From: a virus
Taxonomy: Duplodnaviria > Caudoviricetes
DNA length: 30,047 nt
Virus record (IMG/VR): IMGVR_UViG_3300027586_000030
Coordinates: 1-30,047 of that record
Reading direction: 5' to 3' (one strand)
In this document: in pieces, positions 25,187 to 30,047 of the stretch
How positions within the stretch are numbered: position 1 is the first letter of the stretch
Layout of the letters: each line of letters starts with the position of its first letter
Translations under genes and position numbers: made by a program
The notes under the pieces: generated by a model
What the model was told of the DNA's origin: nothing
The model's input: only the letters and a program-made list of their open reading frames with translations
The model's database searches: none

Positions 25187-25858
25187 TTATTTTGATAGCG
25201 CGCTTTCAAGCAACGCTACAACTTGTTGAGTGTTTCCATTCTGAAGGTGAAGAGCCGATAGTTGCGCGGCTAGCAACTTGGTCTTCATCAAAATCGTCTG
25301 ATTGATATCGGCTGTCTTGCCGGCCTCTAAGTCATATACGGCGCTGAACATCGCTGGGTCGTCCGAGAAGTCTTCGATTGACGGAGACACTCTAGCGGCC
25401 CGGAGCGCAATGCGTAGTATGTCGGGCGGATTGATGATACCTTCGCCGTCTAACACTGCGCCGATATACGCGCAAATCTCTGCATTAAACGGCTCCGGCT
25501 CGTCGTCTTCCGGCGGCGAGATCAGCATAGCCTCGGTAATGCCCCACGCCACTTCTTCTGCGTCAGCCGGGTCCCACACATCTGGCCGGTACGTGTCGCC
25601 GTTGAGTATGTTGCAGAACGACACGAAATCCGGCAGGCTTTTAAAAAACCTGTCGGTCGTTAATATCTGCATGGCGACAATAAGCTTGTCGAGTACGGGC
25701 TGCGCAAGATCAACGCCAAACTCGTCTTCGATTTCTAGCGCAATAGTGGCCGGGTCCCAGTCTAGCCCCTCTACGCCAAAGCTATCCAGGAAGGACGTCA
25801 GAAGCACGCTGCCAAACGTCTCCGGGCTCGCCCACGCGGTTTGGGTTACTTTTGACAT
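25187..25858 (-). CDS. Hypothetical acidic phage protein
   Basis: AAGGCAGG before MSKVTQ; globular sequence. Confidence 0.8.
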   Translation of the reverse strand: MSKVTQTAWASPETFGSVLLTSFLDSFGVEGLDWDPATIALEIEDEFGVDLAQPVLDKLIVAMQILTTDRFFKSLPDFVSFCNILNGDTYRPDVWDPADAEEVAWGITEAMLISPPEDDEPEPFNAEICAYIGAVLDGEGIINPPDILRIALRAARVSPSIEDFSDDPAMFSAVYDLEAGKTADINQTILMKTKLLAAQLSALHLQNGNTQQVVALLESALSK

Positions 25859-26315
25859 GAAAGCCTGCCTTCTTTTCGATGCGCAATACTCCACGGCGGT
25901 ACAGCTCGGTTAGATTATACCCGATTGTTTCCATAGGCGGATGCGGAAGAGTCATGACCTGCTCGCCCGTCTCTAGGTCCACGAAGCCTGTTTGCCCTGT
26001 CCACGTGGTGTAGCGGCTTTCGACGAACACCAGCTGGTTGAGACACGTTGGGCATTCGTTCGGACCACTGGCTGTTTCGCGCAACCCAGAGAGAATAACG
26101 GTGCGCTGCTCTGGCTGCAAAAACACAAGGTTTTCTAGCATGTCGGCCGCAAGCAACATTAAGATATCTTCTGCCGGTAAGATATCTTCTTCTGCGGGGA
26201 GCGGCTTCTGGAGAATGCTTATAAAGATAGCCCGTATTTGCAGCTTGCTGAGTTTGAGTGCGCGCATTACCATAGCGTACGTCAGCTCAATCTTAACCTC
26301 GGAGGCCTCTGCCAT
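25782..26315 (-). CDS. Hypothetical protein
   Basis: Long ORF; start at 26315 or 26324. Confidence 0.75.
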   Translation of the reverse strand: MAEASEVKIELTYAMVMRALKLSKLQIRAIFISILQKPLPAEEDILPAEDILMLLAADMLENLVFLQPEQRTVILSGLRETASGPNECPTCLNQLVFVESRYTTWTGQTGFVDLETGEQVMTLPHPPMETIGYNLTELYRRGVLRIEKKAGFHVKSNPNRVGEPGDVWQRASDVLPG

Positions 26316-26586
26316 GATTTCCATTATTGATGACCTATCTCAAGTGACGACCGGGCGATTCGAATGTGTAATCAGTGGTAATGGTATCGAGGAACTGATG
26401 GACTCGGCAACAGCAAACATGGCGCTGCGTAAAGCTGCAGAGCTGGGCTTGCACCGGCCGGGCGTGTCAAACGCTGGTGGTGCATACCCTGTTGACGCCG
26501 AAGGCCGATCGGACGACGCGGTCATGCTCGGTCAGCGCCCTGTGGCTGGCTACCGCCGAGACTTTGTCATTCTCGCGTCTTTGTGA
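26314..26586 (+). CDS. Hypothetical protein (MISIIDDLSQ...)
   Basis: SD GGAGG 8 nt before ATG 26314; fills the gap between two minus-strand genes. Confidence 0.75.
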   Translation: MISIIDDLSQVTTGRFECVISGNGIEELMDSATANMALRKAAELGLHRPGVSNAGGAYPVDAEGRSDDAVMLGQRPVAGYRRDFVILASL

Positions 26587-26590
26587 TCGT

Positions 26591-27055
26591 TTAGTCTTCG
26601 ACGCCAAAAGTATCAATGTGTGCAAGGCGGGCTGCGTAAAACTCAGCCACGTTTGCTGCAATGGCGTTAAATCGTTTTTCGATCTCTGGCATGACTACGT
26701 CGGCAAAGACAGCGCACACTGTCTTTTGATACTTTTTAAGGCTTGCCGGCGAGTACCCTGCCGCGCGCACTTTGAGCGCTCCGGCACGAATACGCGGGTC
26801 GGCGTCTAAGAGCAGCTGCACGAATCCGGGACACGCGAACTCTACGTTATGGCCGTATATTTGCCGGGTCTCAAACGGCAGCGGCATATCAAACATAGCA
26901 AGGCCCGGCCAGTCTTTGTCGTCGGCCTCTGTGGCTAAATGACACAGTTTGCCCAGCGTCCATCCGTAGGCGTCGGCGTCATCGTTGGGGTGAGCCATCA
27001 CAAATGGCGGCTTAATAGTTTCTGCTTTTTTATCGAGTTTTGCTTTGCGTTTCAC
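26591..27055 (-). CDS. Hypothetical protein
   Basis: GAAGGG before GTG 27055. Confidence 0.7.
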   Translation of the reverse strand: MKRKAKLDKKAETIKPPFVMAHPNDDADAYGWTLGKLCHLATEADDKDWPGLAMFDMPLPFETRQIYGHNVEFACPGFVQLLLDADPRIRAGALKVRAAGYSPASLKKYQKTVCAVFADVVMPEIEKRFNAIAANVAEFYAARLAHIDTFGVED

Positions 27056-27102
27056 TGGGCCTTCTTTGTTGATAGCTAAGGAAAATTGCACCGCCCCGTT
27101 GA

Positions 27103-27179
27103 ACCCCGTCACTAGCTGTAGCTAAGGCGTTTTATACAAATGTATAAAATGCCCCAGCTACTAAAGCTAGTGACGGGGT
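27103..27179. other. Long intergenic inverted repeat/hairpin
   Basis: Three stacked helices of 15, 6 and 13 bp. Confidence 0.85.
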
Positions 27180-27189
27180 GGGTGCTGGC

Positions 27190-27564
27190 CTAAGCCAGCG
27201 ACGCCGTACAGGCGAGGCGTGCGTGTTCTTGCACGCGAGCTTCAATATTTTCGTCTACCTCGAGTACGAGGCCGGACTCGCGGTCGTATGTAGCCAGCTC
27301 CCCTCGGAGCATGGCCGCGGTATAGTCCGCATACATGCGGGCCATACTTCCGCGCTTGGGCGCCATTGTCCGTTCAAGTATCTGATCCCTCAGATACTCG
27401 ACTTTGTTCCAAAAGCCAATCCGGGCGTCGACCCCGTCCCGCCTGATTTTGGCGGTATCCTCGAATAGCTTGATAGCGTTCGAGCTGACGATTTGGAACT
27501 GCGGGGCCGAGCGGCCCATGCGTCGAATGACGCCGCGGCGAAGCGCCGAAAACTTAACTTGCAT
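27190..27564 (-). CDS. Hypothetical protein
   Basis: AAGGGA before ATG. Confidence 0.7.
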   Translation of the reverse strand: MQVKFSALRRGVIRRMGRSAPQFQIVSSNAIKLFEDTAKIRRDGVDARIGFWNKVEYLRDQILERTMAPKRGSMARMYADYTAAMLRGELATYDRESGLVLEVDENIEARVQEHARLACTASLA

Positions 27565-27673
27565 TCGTTAATTCCCTTATAACGAGAGGAGACAAAACCA
27601 CTGATACGACTCAGTGGGGACATTAAATATGCCGTGTTTTTGCCAAAAATTTAGCAACACGCGGCAGAGGGAA

Positions 27674-27973
27674 TTAGAAGGTTAGCTGGACAACTTTGCC
27701 GCTAACGTTGACATACACGACTCGCGCTTGCTCCGCGCCCAGCAGAGCCTTAAGCTCTGTTTTCTTTGGGGCGCTCATGCCGGCTAAGCACGCTTTAATG
27801 CGCGCCATTTCGTCCCGCTGGCGTGTCTGTCGTTTCTGGGCGCACGATCCGCAGCCGCCGACACCCGCTTTAAACACATCGCGTTTGTGGGCGAGGCAGG
27901 GAATCGTTGAAAACTTGTGATCATTTACCATAGCCATAATGGTGTTGTCTTCTATAACGACAAGTGCGGCCAT
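27674..27973 (-). CDS. Hypothetical protein with GCGSC motif
   Basis: ATG 2 nt after the upstream stop. Confidence 0.75.
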   Translation of the reverse strand: MAALVVIEDNTIMAMVNDHKFSTIPCLAHKRDVFKAGVGGCGSCAQKRQTRQRDEMARIKACLAGMSAPKKTELKALLGAEQARVVYVNVSGKVVQLTF

Positions 27974-27975
27974 GA

Positions 27976-28644
27976 TTACGCTCCGGGCAAAGCTGGCGCC
28001 GTAATAGTGGCAGATCCGGTAAACCCAGCTTTTGTCGTTGTGATCGTCGCCGTTGAGCTGGTGCCGGCTGCCAAGCCAGTTACGACGACTTGCCGCACAC
28101 TGTTCACTACTACTGAACCCAGCGTGGCTGTACCGCTCCACACGTAACTCGCGTCGTAGTTAAGAATCCAAGCCGTGAAGCCATTAACTGTCGCGGTCGG
28201 CGCCGAAAACTCGGGGATCAGTACTTCGACGGGCGGCGTGCCTATCCATGTCTGGCCGACGGGTAGCAGCGTGTCGGTTAGGTCGAGCGTTGTTTTTAAA
28301 TGCTGCACGTCATTGGTGACTTCTTTAATGAATTCGTCTACCTCTGCGCGCGATCGCAAAAGCACGTCCACGTAGTCCAGTCGGAACCACTCGGGCCTGT
28401 GGTCGGGCAGCGGCTCATCTTCTGGGTACTCTTCTAAGTCAACTGGCGAGCACACGTGGTCAAATGCGCCAACCCGTTCAACTGCGGCTGGCTTCATGGG
28501 CAGCAGCAAATACGCGAATATTTTAGCTGGCATGAGCGCTGCCGACGCTGCTGTAATGCGCACGCGAATGCCGTCAGTGTCGCGGATATTGTAGCGGCTT
28601 ACTTCCCACGTGAGTTGTAAGCGGCGATTTATGTTTAGGCTCAT
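27976..28644 (-). CDS. Putative virion protein with a C-terminal Ig/FN3-like beta domain
   Basis: ATGA coupling; C-terminal PEFSAPTATVNGFT...VTGLAAGTSSTATITTTKAGF. Confidence 0.7.
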   Translation of the reverse strand: MSLNINRRLQLTWEVSRYNIRDTDGIRVRITAASAALMPAKIFAYLLLPMKPAAVERVGAFDHVCSPVDLEEYPEDEPLPDHRPEWFRLDYVDVLLRSRAEVDEFIKEVTNDVQHLKTTLDLTDTLLPVGQTWIGTPPVEVLIPEFSAPTATVNGFTAWILNYDASYVWSGTATLGSVVVNSVRQVVVTGLAAGTSSTATITTTKAGFTGSATITAPALPGA

Positions 28645-29012
28645 GGGAATTGATATCTTTGTGGCGTCGTCGCAGAGCTGTCTGGGCCGGAATAATATAT
28701 TGTAACGCAGGTGCCGGTAATATCGTCTGTCTTTGCTATGTACCGCACAAACTGCAGAACTACTTCTGGGTTTTCGTGTTTGGCAGCTTCAAGTGCTGTA
28801 AGAAAATTTAAAACGCAGCTAAAGAGCAGTGTCGTATCAGCCCGGCAGCGGCAGCCTTGTTTGCGTGCTGATGCGTCAAACGCGGCGCGGCACTGATCTA
28901 GGCTTTCTTTGGTCGATAAGAGCCCCGGGTTTTCAACAAAGAAATTAGCCTGCTTTGTCGACTGTAAAATATTATCTCGGTTGAGGGAGATCATTCGAGA
29001 GCAGTTCGCCAT
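28641..29012 (-). CDS. Hypothetical protein with GCRC motif
   Basis: Tiling; TAAAAT upstream. Confidence 0.7.
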   Translation of the reverse strand: MANCSRMISLNRDNILQSTKQANFFVENPGLLSTKESLDQCRAAFDASARKQGCRCRADTTLLFSCVLNFLTALEAAKHENPEVVLQFVRYIAKTDDITGTCVTIYYSGPDSSATTPQRYQFP

Positions 29013-29078
29013 GATAGGTACTCGCGTTGTGTCTGGGTTTTGACATTTTAGCGGCGTAGCAATTTTGCGCGATAGCGT

Positions 29079-30047
<969 letters not shown>

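Overview
A densely packed, almost entirely minus-strand segment of a large tailed-phage genome (standard code; TAA, TAG and TGA all act as stops). Several recalled protein families and a phage CsrA suggest a Planctomycetota host (inference). Recognisable genes: GpA-type large terminase, CsrA, HNH endonuclease, DUF5664-type dATP/dGTP diphosphohydrolase, DUF3085, a GNAT-like protein, a Zn-finger primase-like protein, a hexapeptide-repeat protein and a collagen-like protein running off the right end. Most notable: (i) a Ycf46-like AAA ATPase module with DUF1257, DUF2997, DUF3150-like and a small partner; (ii) four mosaic G-[DN]-V-x beta-solenoid paralogues; (iii) the only three plus-strand genes each fill a gap in the minus-strand gene run with abutting or overlapping start codons; (iv) a non-coding region with tandem repeats and three 11-7-11 palindromes; (v) several structured intergenic RNA candidates. 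Family names come from motif recall, not database searches.
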